Both the position numbers and the translations under genes were made by a program. A model generated the notes under the pieces. It worked only from the letters and a program-made list of their open reading frames with translations, was not told the DNA's origin and made no database searches. From the NCBI RefSeq assembly GCF_030698145.1, contig NZ_JAUYNW010000047.1, forward strand, positions 15,618-79,617: a stretch of 64,000 bases of DNA, given 5' to 3'. The DNA is from Phenylobacterium sp. Its GTDB lineage: Bacteria > Pseudomonadota > Alphaproteobacteria > Caulobacterales > Caulobacteraceae. Position 1 is the stretch's first letter. Each line of letters begins with the position of its first letter. Of this stretch, positions 18,902-28,550 are shown piece after piece.

Positions 18902-19642
18902 TCAGATCATGGCCATGCCGCCGTTCACGTGCAGGGTCTGGCCCGTCATGTAGCCGGCCTCGTCGCTGGCCAGATAGACGCAGGCGCCGGCGACATCGCT
19001 TCCCAGGCCAAGGCGGCCGGCGGGAATGGTCCCGAGGATCTGGGCCTTCTGAGCGTCGTTCAGCGCTTCGGTCATCGGGCTTTCGATGAAACCGGGGGCG
19101 ACGCAGTTGACGGTGATGCCCCGGGTTGCGACTTCCTGGGCCAAGGCCTTGGAAAACCCGATCATTCCGGCCTTGGAGGCCGCGTAATTGGCCTGGCCGG
19201 GATTGCCCATGACCCCCACCACCGAGGTGATGCCGATGATTCGGCCGGCCCGCCGCTTCATCATGCCGCGCATCGCCGCGCGGCTGAGGCGGAAGTAGCT
19301 CTCGAGATTGATCTTGAGGACGGACTCCCAGTCCTCGTCCTTCATGCGCATCAGCAGGCCGTCCTTGGTGATGCCGGCGTTGGCCACCAGGATATCGAGG
19401 CCGTTTCCGGCGGCTTCCTCGGCGCGGCCGATCAGGCCGTCCACCGATTCGGCGTCGGCGAGGTTGGCCGCGGCGATGGAGGTGCGGTCGCCCAGTTCCT
19501 TGGCCAGCTCGGCCAGCACGGCCTCGCGGGTGCCTGACAGCACCACGTGGGCGCCCGACGCATGCAGGGCCCTGGCGATGGCGCCGCCGATGCCGCCCGT
19601 GGCGCCGGTGACGAGGGCGGTCTTTCCGGTCAGGTCGAACAT
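18902..19642 (-). CDS. fabG: 3-oxoacyl-ACP reductase
   Basis: [38 protein letters not shown]; lies between fabD and acpP. Confidence 0.97.
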   Translation of the reverse strand: MFDLTGKTALVTGATGGIGGAIARALHASGAHVVLSGTREAVLAELAKELGDRTSIAAANLADAESVDGLIGRAEEAAGNGLDILVANAGITKDGLLMRMKDEDWESVLKINLESYFRLSRAAMRGMMKRRAGRIIGITSVVGVMGNPGQANYAASKAGMIGFSKALAQEVATRGITVNCVAPGFIESPMTEALNDAQKAQILGTIPAGRLGLGSDVAGACVYLASDEAGYMTGQTLHVNGGMAMI

Positions 19643-19643
19643 G

Positions 19644-20588
19644 TCAGAGGCTCTTCGCAAAGGCTTCGAGGTCGGCGGGGGTATTGAGCGGCGTGGCCTC
19701 GGCGTCCGGGGCGATCCGCTTGGCCATGCCCGACAGCACCTTACCCGATCCGGCCTCGGCGAAACGGGATATCCCGCCTTCGCTCGCCAGCCACATCATG
19801 CTCTCGCGCCAGCGCACCCGGCCGGTGACCTGGTCCACCAGCAGGCGGCGGATCTCCTCGGGGTCGAGGGTCGGCCTGGCGGTGATATTGGCCACCAGCG
19901 GCGCGCGGGGGGCGAGGATCGTCGCCTTGCCCAGCGCCTCGGCCATCTCGTCGGCGGCAGGCTGCATCAGCGGGCAGTGGAAGGGCGCCGAGACGTTCAG
20001 CGGGATGGCCCGCGCGCCCAGCTCCTTGGCCTTCTCGATGGCCAGGTCCACGGCGGCCTTGGCGCCGGAGATCACCACATTGCCGTTGTTGTTGTCGTTG
20101 GCCACGACGCAGACGCCGACGGCGGAGCCCGCCTCGGCGGCGGCTTCGGCCAGGGCCACGTCCGACTTGGGCCCGATCAGGGAGGCCATGGCCCCCTCGC
20201 CCACCGGCACGGCGCGCTGCATGGCCTGGCCGCGCAGCTTGAGCAGGCGAGCGGTGTCGGCCAGGCTGATCGCGCCGGCGGCGGCGAGCGCCGAATACTC
20301 ACCGAGGCTGTGGCCGGCCACGAAGGCGGCGCGCTCGATCGAGATGGCGAACTCCCGCTCCAGGGTGCGCATCACCGCCAGGGACACCGCCATCAGGGCC
20401 GGCTGGGCGTTCTCGGTGAGGGTGAGTTGGTCCTCCGGCCCCTCCCGCATCAGCTTGAACAGCTTCTGGCCGAGCGCGTCGTCGACCTCCTGGAACACCT
20501 CGCGGGCCGACCCGAAGGCCTCCGCCAAATCGGCGCCCATGCCGAGCGCCTGGCTGCCCTGGCCGGGGAATAGGAAGGCGAGGCTCAT
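19644..20588 (-). CDS. fabD: Malonyl-CoA:ACP transacylase
   Basis: FPGQGSQ, GHSLGEY, VSAPFHC. Confidence 0.98.
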   Translation of the reverse strand: MSLAFLFPGQGSQALGMGADLAEAFGSAREVFQEVDDALGQKLFKLMREGPEDQLTLTENAQPALMAVSLAVMRTLEREFAISIERAAFVAGHSLGEYSALAAAGAISLADTARLLKLRGQAMQRAVPVGEGAMASLIGPKSDVALAEAAAEAGSAVGVCVVANDNNNGNVVISGAKAAVDLAIEKAKELGARAIPLNVSAPFHCPLMQPAADEMAEALGKATILAPRAPLVANITARPTLDPEEIRRLLVDQVTGRVRWRESMMWLASEGGISRFAEAGSGKVLSGMAKRIAPDAEATPLNTPADLEAFAKSL

Positions 20589-20718
20589 GGGGCTCTCCCG
20601 TCTTTCGGCGCTGTCGCGCTCTTAACGATTCCGAGCCGGGAGGGTTAGGGGATATGCCCAGCGGCGGCAAGGCGCTCAGAAGAGGTCTTCCCTTCCTTGG
20701 GGTCATACCTTCCCTGCT

Positions 20719-20752
20719 GTCATCCCGGTTTGCGAAGCAAGACCGGGACCCA
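20719..20752. repeat. Single REP-like palindrome
   Basis: GTCATCCCGG-TTTGCGAAGCAAGA-CCGGGACC hairpin; same style as the pair at 46185-46276. Confidence 0.55.
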
Positions 20753-20795
20753 TACGCTCCGGATCTTGCCGGAGGTTCAGCGGCGGGAGAGAAAC

Positions 20796-21881
20796 ATGCG
20801 GGCGGTCATTCGGCGGAACAAGGCCCTGGTCTGCGACGAGATCGAGGACCTGAAGCCCGACACGGGCCAGGTGCTGGTCAAGACCCTGGCCTGCGGCATC
20901 TGCGGCTCGGACCTGCACGCCCTGCACCACATGGAGCACATGATCGAGCTGACCAGCCGGGCCAGCGGCGGCATGACCAACGGCTTCGATCCCCGCGCCG
21001 ACACCGTGTTCGGCCACGAGTTCTGCGCCGAGGTCCTGGAACACGGCCCCGGCACGCAAGGCCTGCTGAAGGCCGGGACCCGCATCGTCTCCCTGCCTGT
21101 CACCCTGACCCCGGCCGGCGGGGCGGAAATGCTGGGCTTTTCCAACAACCTGCCCGGCGGGTTCGCCGAGCGGATGATCCTGTCGGAGGCCCTGCTGCTG
21201 GAGGTGCCCAACGGCCTGCCCACCGACCAGGCCGCGCTCACCGAGCCCTTCGCGGTCGGCGCCCATGCGGTGGCCAAGGCGCGGCTCGACCCCAACAGCG
21301 TCTGCCTGGTGATCGGCTGCGGCCCCGTCGGCCTGGCGGTGATCGCGGGGCTGAAGGCGCGCGGCCACGGCCCGGTCATCGCCGCCGACTACTCCCCCCG
21401 CCGCCGCGCCGCCGCCGAGATGCTGGGCGCCGACGTGGTCATCGACCCCGCCAAGGAAAGCCCCCACGCGCGCTGGGAGGCCTTCGGCGTGCCGACGGCG
21501 CGGGCCGCCCAGAGCATGATCAAGATGATGGGCGGCAGCTTCGGCCGACCGGTGGTGTTCGAATGCGTCGGCTCGCCGGGCATCGTCCAGAGCCTGATCG
21601 AGGCCGCCCCCGCCGGCGCCCAGATCGTGGTGGCCGGGGTCTGCATGGAGACCGACAAGATCGAGCCCGCCATCGCCATTACGAAGGAGATCGAGCTCAC
21701 GTTCGTGTTTGGCTACACGCCGGAAGAATTCGCCCAGACGCTACACGACATCGCGCAGGGCGTAATCGACGTCAGCGGCGTGGTGACGGGCAAGGTGGGG
21801 CTAGGCGGGGTGGCCGAGGCGTTCCGCACGCTGGGCGACCCGGAAGCGCACGTGAAGATTTTGGTGGAGCCTGGGCGTTAG
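20796..21881 (+). CDS. Zinc-binding (MDR family) dehydrogenase
   Basis: CGICGSDLH, GHEF, LTEPFAV, GCGPVG; lacks the four structural-zinc cysteines. Confidence 0.9.
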   Translation: MRAVIRRNKALVCDEIEDLKPDTGQVLVKTLACGICGSDLHALHHMEHMIELTSRASGGMTNGFDPRADTVFGHEFCAEVLEHGPGTQGLLKAGTRIVSLPVTLTPAGGAEMLGFSNNLPGGFAERMILSEALLLEVPNGLPTDQAALTEPFAVGAHAVAKARLDPNSVCLVIGCGPVGLAVIAGLKARGHGPVIAADYSPRRRAAAEMLGADVVIDPAKESPHARWEAFGVPTARAAQSMIKMMGGSFGRPVVFECVGSPGIVQSLIEAAPAGAQIVVAGVCMETDKIEPAIAITKEIELTFVFGYTPEEFAQTLHDIAQGVIDVSGVVTGKVGLGGVAEAFRTLGDPEAHVKILVEPGR

Positions 21882-21901
21882 CCCTTGCTGGCCGCCGGCG
21901 C

Positions 21902-22267
21902 TTAGCGGCCGTTCAAGAGTTCAGCTTCGAGCTGCAACGCCGCTTCGATCGTGAGCTCGCCCTCGAGCGCTGGATTGGCGAGGACGTGAATTACGTCGCG
22001 GACCGGCCCCTCGTCGCCCCCTTCAAAGTCGATGGCGTCGCGAAGCTCAATAAGGTTCGCCCAAGACTCCACACTGGCTGAACTGACATCCCCGCTACGG
22101 AACTTTGACAGGATGGCTCGAACGTCGTCTCTCCGGAGCGTCACGAGCGCGTCTCCGTCCCAATCCCAGGGAAATTGCTGCAGCCGCGTTGCGATATTGT
22201 CTAGAGGCTGGGACCACATCAGCAGGTCCTGAAGCACTCGTCGACGAGCTTCACTCACAGCGTCCAT
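21902..22267 (-). CDS. Hypothetical 121-aa protein with atypical (lower GC) codon usage
   Basis: Complete ORF with GAGGG RBS; many A/T-ending codons; FPWDWD, VESWANLIE and VIHVLANP motifs. Confidence 0.7.
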   Translation of the reverse strand: MDAVSEARRRVLQDLLMWSQPLDNIATRLQQFPWDWDGDALVTLRRDDVRAILSKFRSGDVSSASVESWANLIELRDAIDFEGGDEGPVRDVIHVLANPALEGELTIEAALQLEAELLNGR

Positions 22268-22339
22268 CCCTCTACCACTCTGAACCTGATATCGGCCACG
22301 AGCCCGCTTCAGACATAGCGAATCTATCGCACTAGCGGC

Positions 22340-23425
22340 CTACAGTTTCATCGGGCTCACATATCCCGTCAGCTCCAGGTACCCCCGCCCGCCCTGCGTC
22401 GTCACCGCGCCTTCCCAGTAGATGGGTCCGCCCGCGGCGCGGCTGTCGAGTTCCTGGTCGTCGAACAGGGGCTTGAGCATCCATCTCCGCTCGCCCTGCG
22501 GCAGGCGCACCGACAACGAGCGTTCCACCGGATAACGACCGCCGGTCCTGGGGGAGCGCCAGAGGCGCTCCGCGCCGAACCTCACCATGTCCGGGGTGAA
22601 CCTGGTCACCGCCCCGTCCTTGCCCCGCAGCGAACCGCCCGCCCAGAGCGCCTTGCCGGCCGCGTCGCGGACCTGGAAGGCCATGAGCGCGCCGCCGTCG
22701 TCGAGGTTGAGGCCGACCCAGTCCCAGCCGACCGCCTTGGGGTCGAGCAGGGTCGAGGACCATTCGCGGTCGAGCCAGGCCGAGCCGGTGACCCGCACCG
22801 CCTTGCCGCCCCGCGTCACCGTCCCCGACAGGGCCATCTGCGGCAGGCTGTAATAGTGGCTCGCCTGGCTGGGCTGCGGGCCCTTGCGGCTGTAGCCGCC
22901 CTCCCCCTGCGCCAGAGGCGGCTGCGTGGGGCGGAAGGCCAGGTCGAGGGTGAAGGCCTTGCCGCCGACCTTGGTCAGGAACCGCCCATCGGCGGCGCGG
23001 CGCATCGTCCAGTCGTCGATGACCAGGTTGGCGTCGCCCACCGCCGCCTCGGCGAGGCCGAAGCCGGCGCGGGCCATGCGCTGGTCGTGCAGCAGCTTGC
23101 CGAGCTTGGGGTCGGACAGGGCGGCGTGGGCGAACAGGATCTGCTTGGCGGCGAAGGCGCTGGGGTTGCGCTGGTCCACGCTGGGCCGGGAGCGAAAGAA
23201 GGTGACCTGGAAGCCCAGGTCCTGGCCGTCGGCGGTCTTCAGCCAGCCGGTGACATACCACCACTCGGTGCGGAACGCCGGGTGCGCCCCGTGGTCGGCG
23301 GGGAAGCTCAAACCCGCGCCCGGCTTCACCTGCGGATATAGCGGCAGGACCGGGCCGGTCTGGGTCGCCGCGGGGCTCGCCAGCACCAGCACGGCGGCGA
23401 GAATGGCGAGCAGCCGCCCCATCAC
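22340..23425 (-). CDS. AttH-like / CrtC-N plus lipocalin-like exported protein
   Basis: Signal peptide; FPADHGAHPAFRTEWWYVTG, GFQVTFFR, AWLDREWSS, GWDW, YWEG, GRGYLELTGY. Confidence 0.85.
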   Translation of the reverse strand: MMGRLLAILAAVLVLASPAATQTGPVLPLYPQVKPGAGLSFPADHGAHPAFRTEWWYVTGWLKTADGQDLGFQVTFFRSRPSVDQRNPSAFAAKQILFAHAALSDPKLGKLLHDQRMARAGFGLAEAAVGDANLVIDDWTMRRAADGRFLTKVGGKAFTLDLAFRPTQPPLAQGEGGYSRKGPQPSQASHYYSLPQMALSGTVTRGGKAVRVTGSAWLDREWSSTLLDPKAVGWDWVGLNLDDGGALMAFQVRDAAGKALWAGGSLRGKDGAVTRFTPDMVRFGAERLWRSPRTGGRYPVERSLSVRLPQGERRWMLKPLFDDQELDSRAAGGPIYWEGAVTTQGGRGYLELTGYVSPMKL

Positions 23426-25956
23426 CAGTCCTCCCGCACGGCGCGCACAGCGTCGGCCGAGAGCGCCCGGCGGCCGGCAAGCAGGGCCGTGCCCGCCGCA
23501 GCGGCGACGAGGGCGGCCGCCACGCTGGCCAGCAGAGCCCAGGGCAGCTTGGTCTCCATGGTCCAGTGGAAGGACTGCGGATTAACCACATGGATCAGCA
23601 CCTGGCTCATGACGAGGCCGAGCCCGATGCCCGCCAGCACGCCCACAGCCCCCAGCACCGCGCCCTCGGTGGCCAGCATGGCGACGATCTGGGACCTGGT
23701 GACGCCCAGGTGGCGCAGCATGCCGAACTCCTTGGTCCGAGCCAGGGTCTGGGCCGAGACCGTGGCGGCCACGCCGGCCAGCCCCACCAGGATGGCTATG
23801 GCCTCCAGGCCGTAGGTCACCGCGAAGCTGCGGTCGAACAGGCGCAGGGCGAAGGCGCGCAGGGTCTTGGGCTCGGCGAAGTCCGCCGTGAGGCCGGGCG
23901 GCATCCGCGCCTGCAAGGCGGCGATCACCGCCTGGGGTTTGGCGCCGGCCGCCACGTCCACTGCGGCCTCGGTGCGCCAGGCGTCTCCGGTCAAGTGGGT
24001 GTAGTCGGCGGAGTCCAGGGCCACGGCCCCGTGCTGGCGGGAATAGTCGCGCCAGATCCCGGCCACGAAGAACGGCGCGGCCTTGCCGCCCAGGGGCAGG
24101 TCGATCCGGTCGCCCGGCTTCCAGCCATAGAGCCAGGCCGCGGGCTCGGAGACCCAGACGCGCGTGGCGCCCGGCGGTGGAACGGCGCGGGCGATCATCG
24201 GCATCCGGTCCTCATCGAAAGGACGGATCAGCACCGCCAGCGGCGGCTGGTCGGGGGAGAGGCGGAGGCTGGTGGATTTCTGGAAGACGATCTTCGCCAC
24301 GCCGGGTGTCGCGGCCAGCGCCGCCTGGGTCGCGGGGTCGAAGCCGCCGCCCGCGGCGGAGGCCTCGGCGCGGACATAGAGGTCGTCGGCCAGGACCTGG
24401 CCCAGCCAGTCGTCCACCGAGCCCCGGAAGCTCGACACCATCACCGCCATGGCCACCATCAGGCTGGTGCTGGCCACGATCCCGCACAGGGCCACGGCGG
24501 CCTGCGAGGGCGCGCCCCACAGCCGCTTGAAGGCCAGGTCCACCGCCGCCCCCGCCACCTGTACGCGCTGCAGAGGCGTCAGCAGGGTCCGGGCGATCCA
24601 GGGCATGGCCACCACGCCCCCGGCCAGCAGCAGGGCCATGGCGCCGTAGCCGAACAGCGGAATGCCGCCCACCGCCGGGACAAAGGCCGCCGCCGCGCCC
24701 GCCGCCAGCAGGACGAGCGCCGGCCAGACATTGGGCGCATGGTGAGGATCCACGGCGTCGCCGACGTTCTTGAGAGCCACCGCCGGCTGGGCCCGGGCCG
24801 CCTCCCGCGCCGGGATCAGACTGCCGCCCATGGCCGTCAGCAGGCCCAGCGCCAGGAACATCAGGGCCGCGCCCGGTGCGAAGACCAGCTCGGGCTGCAC
24901 GCCGCCGAAATAGCCGCCCCCAAGATCGCCGCCCAGCACCGTCATGGCCCCCGCCGCCAGGGCGAGGCCCAGGCCCAGACCGACGACGCCCCCCGCTAGG
25001 CCGACCACCGCGCCCTCCGCCAGCACCTGGCCCAGCAGGGCGCGGCGGCGCACCCCCAGCACCCGCAGCAGGGCGAACTGCGACCGTCGCCTCGCCACCG
25101 CCAGGGACTGGGCCGAATAGACCAGGAAGCCGCCGGTCAGCAGGGCCATCAGGGCCAGCATGTCGAGATTGACCCGATAGGCGCGGCTGAGCGCGTCGCT
25201 GCGCCGCGCCTCGCTCTCACGGCTGACCAGCTGGGCGTCGGCGGGCAGGACCTTGGCGATGGCGGTCCGCACGCGGCCCGCGTCGGCGCCTTGGGCGAGG
25301 CGTAGGTCGAGGCGTTGCAGCTTGCCCACCTGGCCGAACCGCCACTGGGCCGCGGCGATGTCGATCACCGCGATCTGCTGGCCCTCGGCGACGCCTGGCA
25401 GGACGCCCGCCACCCGCAGCCGGACCGTGCGGCCAGCGGCGGTGAGATCGAGGTGCTCGCCGGACCGGACGCCTAGGGCCTCAAGGGCGGCTTGGGAGAG
25501 CATCACCGCGCCGTCGTCGAAGGCGGCCTCGCTGGTCGGGCCATGCGCGGCGGCGTCGCCAGAGGGGCGGCCCAGCAGGCTGGGAGTCACATGGGCGGCC
25601 CGGAGAACGTCCAGACCGATCAGGGTGAGGTCCGCGCCCTTGGCCCGGGCCCTGAGCTCGACCACCGGACTGGCCGCCGCCACCCCCGGCAGTCGGGCGA
25701 GCCGGGGATAGAGCGCCTCGTCGAAGCCGGTGGGCGAAACGGCCCGCACCTGAAGCTCGGCGTCGCCGTTGACGGTGGAGACCGCGCGGGAGAATTCGCT
25801 CAGCGCCGAGGCGTTGACCAGGTGCACCGCCAGGCCGAGCGCCACGCCGACGGCGATGGCCACGGCGGCGGTGATCGCCCGCATGGGATGGGCGCGCCAC
25901 TCGCCCAGGATCATCCAGCGCGCGGCCAGGGTCCGGGGCTTGCGGTCAGGATCCAT
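23422..25956 (-). CDS. Duplicated FtsX/MacB-type ABC transporter permease
   Basis: Two repeats of TM + large periplasmic domain + 3 TM; RRSQFALLRVLG and RTKEFGMLRHLG motifs. Confidence 0.9.
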   Translation of the reverse strand: MDPDRKPRTLAARWMILGEWRAHPMRAITAAVAIAVGVALGLAVHLVNASALSEFSRAVSTVNGDAELQVRAVSPTGFDEALYPRLARLPGVAAASPVVELRARAKGADLTLIGLDVLRAAHVTPSLLGRPSGDAAAHGPTSEAAFDDGAVMLSQAALEALGVRSGEHLDLTAAGRTVRLRVAGVLPGVAEGQQIAVIDIAAAQWRFGQVGKLQRLDLRLAQGADAGRVRTAIAKVLPADAQLVSRESEARRSDALSRAYRVNLDMLALMALLTGGFLVYSAQSLAVARRRSQFALLRVLGVRRRALLGQVLAEGAVVGLAGGVVGLGLGLALAAGAMTVLGGDLGGGYFGGVQPELVFAPGAALMFLALGLLTAMGGSLIPAREAARAQPAVALKNVGDAVDPHHAPNVWPALVLLAAGAAAAFVPAVGGIPLFGYGAMALLLAGGVVAMPWIARTLLTPLQRVQVAGAAVDLAFKRLWGAPSQAAVALCGIVASTSLMVAMAVMVSSFRGSVDDWLGQVLADDLYVRAEASAAGGGFDPATQAALAATPGVAKIVFQKSTSLRLSPDQPPLAVLIRPFDEDRMPMIARAVPPPGATRVWVSEPAAWLYGWKPGDRIDLPLGGKAAPFFVAGIWRDYSRQHGAVALDSADYTHLTGDAWRTEAAVDVAAGAKPQAVIAALQARMPPGLTADFAEPKTLRAFALRLFDRSFAVTYGLEAIAILVGLAGVAATVSAQTLARTKEFGMLRHLGVTRSQIVAMLATEGAVLGAVGVLAGIGLGLVMSQVLIHVVNPQSFHWTMETKLPWALLASVAAALVAAAAGTALLAGRRALSADAVRAVREDW

Positions 25957-26632
25957 GACGCTCGACCAGGCCCCGGCGGGTCAGGGTCAGGATGCGGTCG
26001 GCGGCGCTGGCGGCCACGTCGGAATGGGTGACCAGCAGGGCCGCAGCGCCGGACTGGCGGACCTGGTCGGCGAACAGGGCCAACACCCGCCCGGCAGTCT
26101 CCGGGTCGAGGTTGCCCGTGGGTTCGTCGGCGAGTATCAGGCCCGGCCGATGGACCAGGGCCCGGGCGATGGCCACCCGTTGCATCTCCCCGCCCGAAAG
26201 CTGGTGGGGGAAGTCCCCCGCCCGCCCCGGCAGGCCCACGGCGTCCAGCATGGCCCCGGCCCGCTCCAGCGCCTGGGCGCCCGGCGCGCGCTGCAGGACC
26301 AGCGGCAAGGCCACGTTCTGGGCCAGGGTCAGGTGCGGCAGGATGTGGAAGGCCTGGAACACGAAGCCGATCCGGTCGCGCCGCAGGCCGGTGCGGGCGT
26401 CGTCGTCCAGGGTCTCCAGCCCCACGCCGTCGATCGCCACCTGGCCGGCGTCGGCGGTGTCGAGGCCGGCGATCAGGTTGAGCAGGGTGGACTTCCCCAC
26501 CCCGGACTCCCCCATCACCGCCACGAACTCGCCGGCCGCCAGCTCCAGGTCCAGGCCCTCGAAGAGGATTCGGCCGCCTGGGACCGACTTGGCCAGGGAA
26601 CGCAGCGACAGGATCGGGGATTCGGCGGCCAT
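25946..26632 (-). CDS. ABC transporter ATP-binding protein, LolD/MacB family
   Basis: GESGVGKST, GFVFQAFHIL, LSGGEMQRVAIARAL, ADEPTGNLD, VTH. Confidence 0.95.
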   Translation of the reverse strand: MAAESPILSLRSLAKSVPGGRILFEGLDLELAAGEFVAVMGESGVGKSTLLNLIAGLDTADAGQVAIDGVGLETLDDDARTGLRRDRIGFVFQAFHILPHLTLAQNVALPLVLQRAPGAQALERAGAMLDAVGLPGRAGDFPHQLSGGEMQRVAIARALVHRPGLILADEPTGNLDPETAGRVLALFADQVRQSGAAALLVTHSDVAASAADRILTLTRRGLVERHGS

Positions 26633-26650
26633 CGGCCTATCTAACCCAGC

Positions 26651-27238
26651 CTAGCGCCCGTAGTCCTCGACGTTTCGCCAGCCGCCCTGGACCGTGAGGC
26701 CTTCGCGCCGGATGGCGATCCAGCACCCACCGCCGGGATGGGCGGGACGGTCCTCCTGGCCGATCGCGACGCCCTGGAGATGGGCCATCAGCAGGCGGCC
26801 GACCCCGCCGTGCGACACGATGACGACCAGGCCGGGCGCGGTCTGGGCCGCCGCCACGCGACCCACCGCGGCCACGATCCTCGCCTGGGCGTGGGCGGCG
26901 GTCTCCCAGCCGCGGACGCTCTCGTATGGCCGGGCGAAGAACTGTTCGACGATCTCCCAGAACTCCGGCGGAGCGACGTAGCCGGTGGCCGCGCGGTCGT
27001 TCTCGTGGAGGTCCGGCTCAACCCGCGCGGTCAGGCCCAGGCGTCCGGCCACGATCTCCGCGCCATCCCGCGCCTTCTGCTCTCCGCTGGACCAGACGGC
27101 CACGACCGGCGTCGGCCCTCCGGCCAGAATTTTGGCGAAGGCTTCCATCCGCCCGCGGCCGACCTCCGACAAGGGCCACTCGGGCACCGGAACGGCCGGA
27201 TCGATCACCACCTCGGGATGGGTGACGAAGAGGATCAC
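26651..27238 (-). CDS. Histidine phosphatase family protein (THP variant)
   Basis: FVTHPEV in place of RHG, WPLS..GR, LHEND, VIVSHGGV. Confidence 0.78.
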   Translation of the reverse strand: MILFVTHPEVVIDPAVPVPEWPLSEVGRGRMEAFAKILAGGPTPVVAVWSSGEQKARDGAEIVAGRLGLTARVEPDLHENDRAATGYVAPPEFWEIVEQFFARPYESVRGWETAAHAQARIVAAVGRVAAAQTAPGLVVIVSHGGVGRLLMAHLQGVAIGQEDRPAHPGGGCWIAIRREGLTVQGGWRNVEDYGR

Positions 27239-28041
27239 GCCTCCGCCTCCTCGGCCGGGGCGGGCCGCGCGGGCCGCTTCTGGGCCAGGGCCGCGCAGGA
27301 GGCGAAGCCGATGGAGCCTTCTTCGTCATAAAGCCGGCATTCGCCCACCGCCACGCCGTCGGTGGCATCATGATAGGCGCTCTCGAAGCCGATCCACTCG
27401 GTGCGCGGCATGCGGTGCAGATAGACGGTGACGTCGGAATTGATGAAGGCCAGACCCTGGTCGGAGGCGTGAGCCGCGGGGCTGGCGAAGTCGGCGGCGA
27501 CGGCGACACGCTGGAACGGGGTGAGCGGCTCACCCTCGACGATGTCGCGGATCTCGCTCATCCATATGCGCCGCTGGCCGCCCTGGCCGAAGCCGCCGCT
27601 GATCGGCCGCGTGGCCCACATGCGGCCCATGGGACCGGCCATGGGGTCCGGCGGCGGGATGTCGGCCGGCTTGGGGGCATCCCACTCCGCCGCCTTCCAG
27701 ACATTGCCTTCGGGGTTCTCGGTGCGCCGCAGGAACTGGCAGGTCGCCTTGGCCATGCTGACGCCGCCGGAGATGAACTCCGCTTCCGCGACGCGGATAC
27801 GGCCGCCTTCGCGGATCAGGCGGGTCGTCACCTCGACCGGGTCGAAGCCCGGCAACCGGTACATGTCGACGGTCAGGCGGGCCGGCAGGAAGTCCGGATC
27901 GCCATGCTTGCGTTCGAGCTCGAAGCCCAGCAGGCCGACGATGACCCGGCCGTGCAGGGAGTTGGGGTTCCAGGGGCCTCGGCCGGCGGGGGTTGGGACG
28001 TAATATTCACCGTCCCGTCTGAAAAAAGGTTCGTTTGTCAT
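27235..28041 (-). CDS. Thioesterase family protein (double hot-dog, TesB-like)
   Basis: GPWNPNSLHG, ARLTVDMYR, VAADFAS, FINSDVTVYLHR.P..EWIG. Confidence 0.82.
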   Translation of the reverse strand: MTNEPFFRRDGEYYVPTPAGRGPWNPNSLHGRVIVGLLGFELERKHGDPDFLPARLTVDMYRLPGFDPVEVTTRLIREGGRIRVAEAEFISGGVSMAKATCQFLRRTENPEGNVWKAAEWDAPKPADIPPPDPMAGPMGRMWATRPISGGFGQGGQRRIWMSEIRDIVEGEPLTPFQRVAVAADFASPAAHASDQGLAFINSDVTVYLHRMPRTEWIGFESAYHDATDGVAVGECRLYDEEGSIGFASCAALAQKRPARPAPAEEAEA

Positions 28042-28075
28042 GGCGCGGGACCATGACGGATTCCCGGCTGGGGAA

Positions 28076-28486
28076 CTAGACCGCCGCCTCGCGATGAATT
28101 GCGGCGTCAAGACCGGCCAGCATTTCGTCCCAGGCCGCGGCGACCTGCGGGGTCCAGTCGGCGCCCAGCATCTCGCGCAGGGTCTCCATCACCGTGCGGA
28201 AGAAGGTCGCGAACACGCCGGGCGGCACGCCCAGGTTCTCGTGATTGACGACCTCGGCGCGGATCATGTTGGCGCCGTAAGCGCCGTCGCCGGAAAAGTC
28301 GAGCAGGGTCTGGAACACCACGGCCAGCATCTCGCCCCGCGCGGCGCCGGTCTTGTCGCCGATGAACAGCTCGGCCATTTCGGGGTTCTGGGCGAACAGC
28401 CGGTCATAGACCGCCGCCGTCGGATCGCCATGGCGTTCAGCGACCTCTTCGAGGCTCCAGGCGATGAGATTCATTTCGTCGGTCAT
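28076..28486 (-). CDS. Single-domain globin
   Basis: VYDRLFAQNPEMAELF (B/C helices, CD1 Phe), NHENLGV (proximal His), LGADWTPQVAAAW. Confidence 0.82.
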   Translation of the reverse strand: MTDEMNLIAWSLEEVAERHGDPTAAVYDRLFAQNPEMAELFIGDKTGAARGEMLAVVFQTLLDFSGDGAYGANMIRAEVVNHENLGVPPGVFATFFRTVMETLREMLGADWTPQVAAAWDEMLAGLDAAIHREAAV

Positions 28487-28550
28487 GATTTGCGCGGCTC
28501 GTTCTGCTCAGCCTAAGGTCGCGGACCGTGATTTTCAGCCCCGGATCCCC

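Noticed and set aside
22340-23425. Calling the AttH-like gene a carotenoid 1,2-hydratase (crtC)
   Set aside because: It has a signal peptide and sits in an ABC operon with no crt genes; the similarity is at fold level only.
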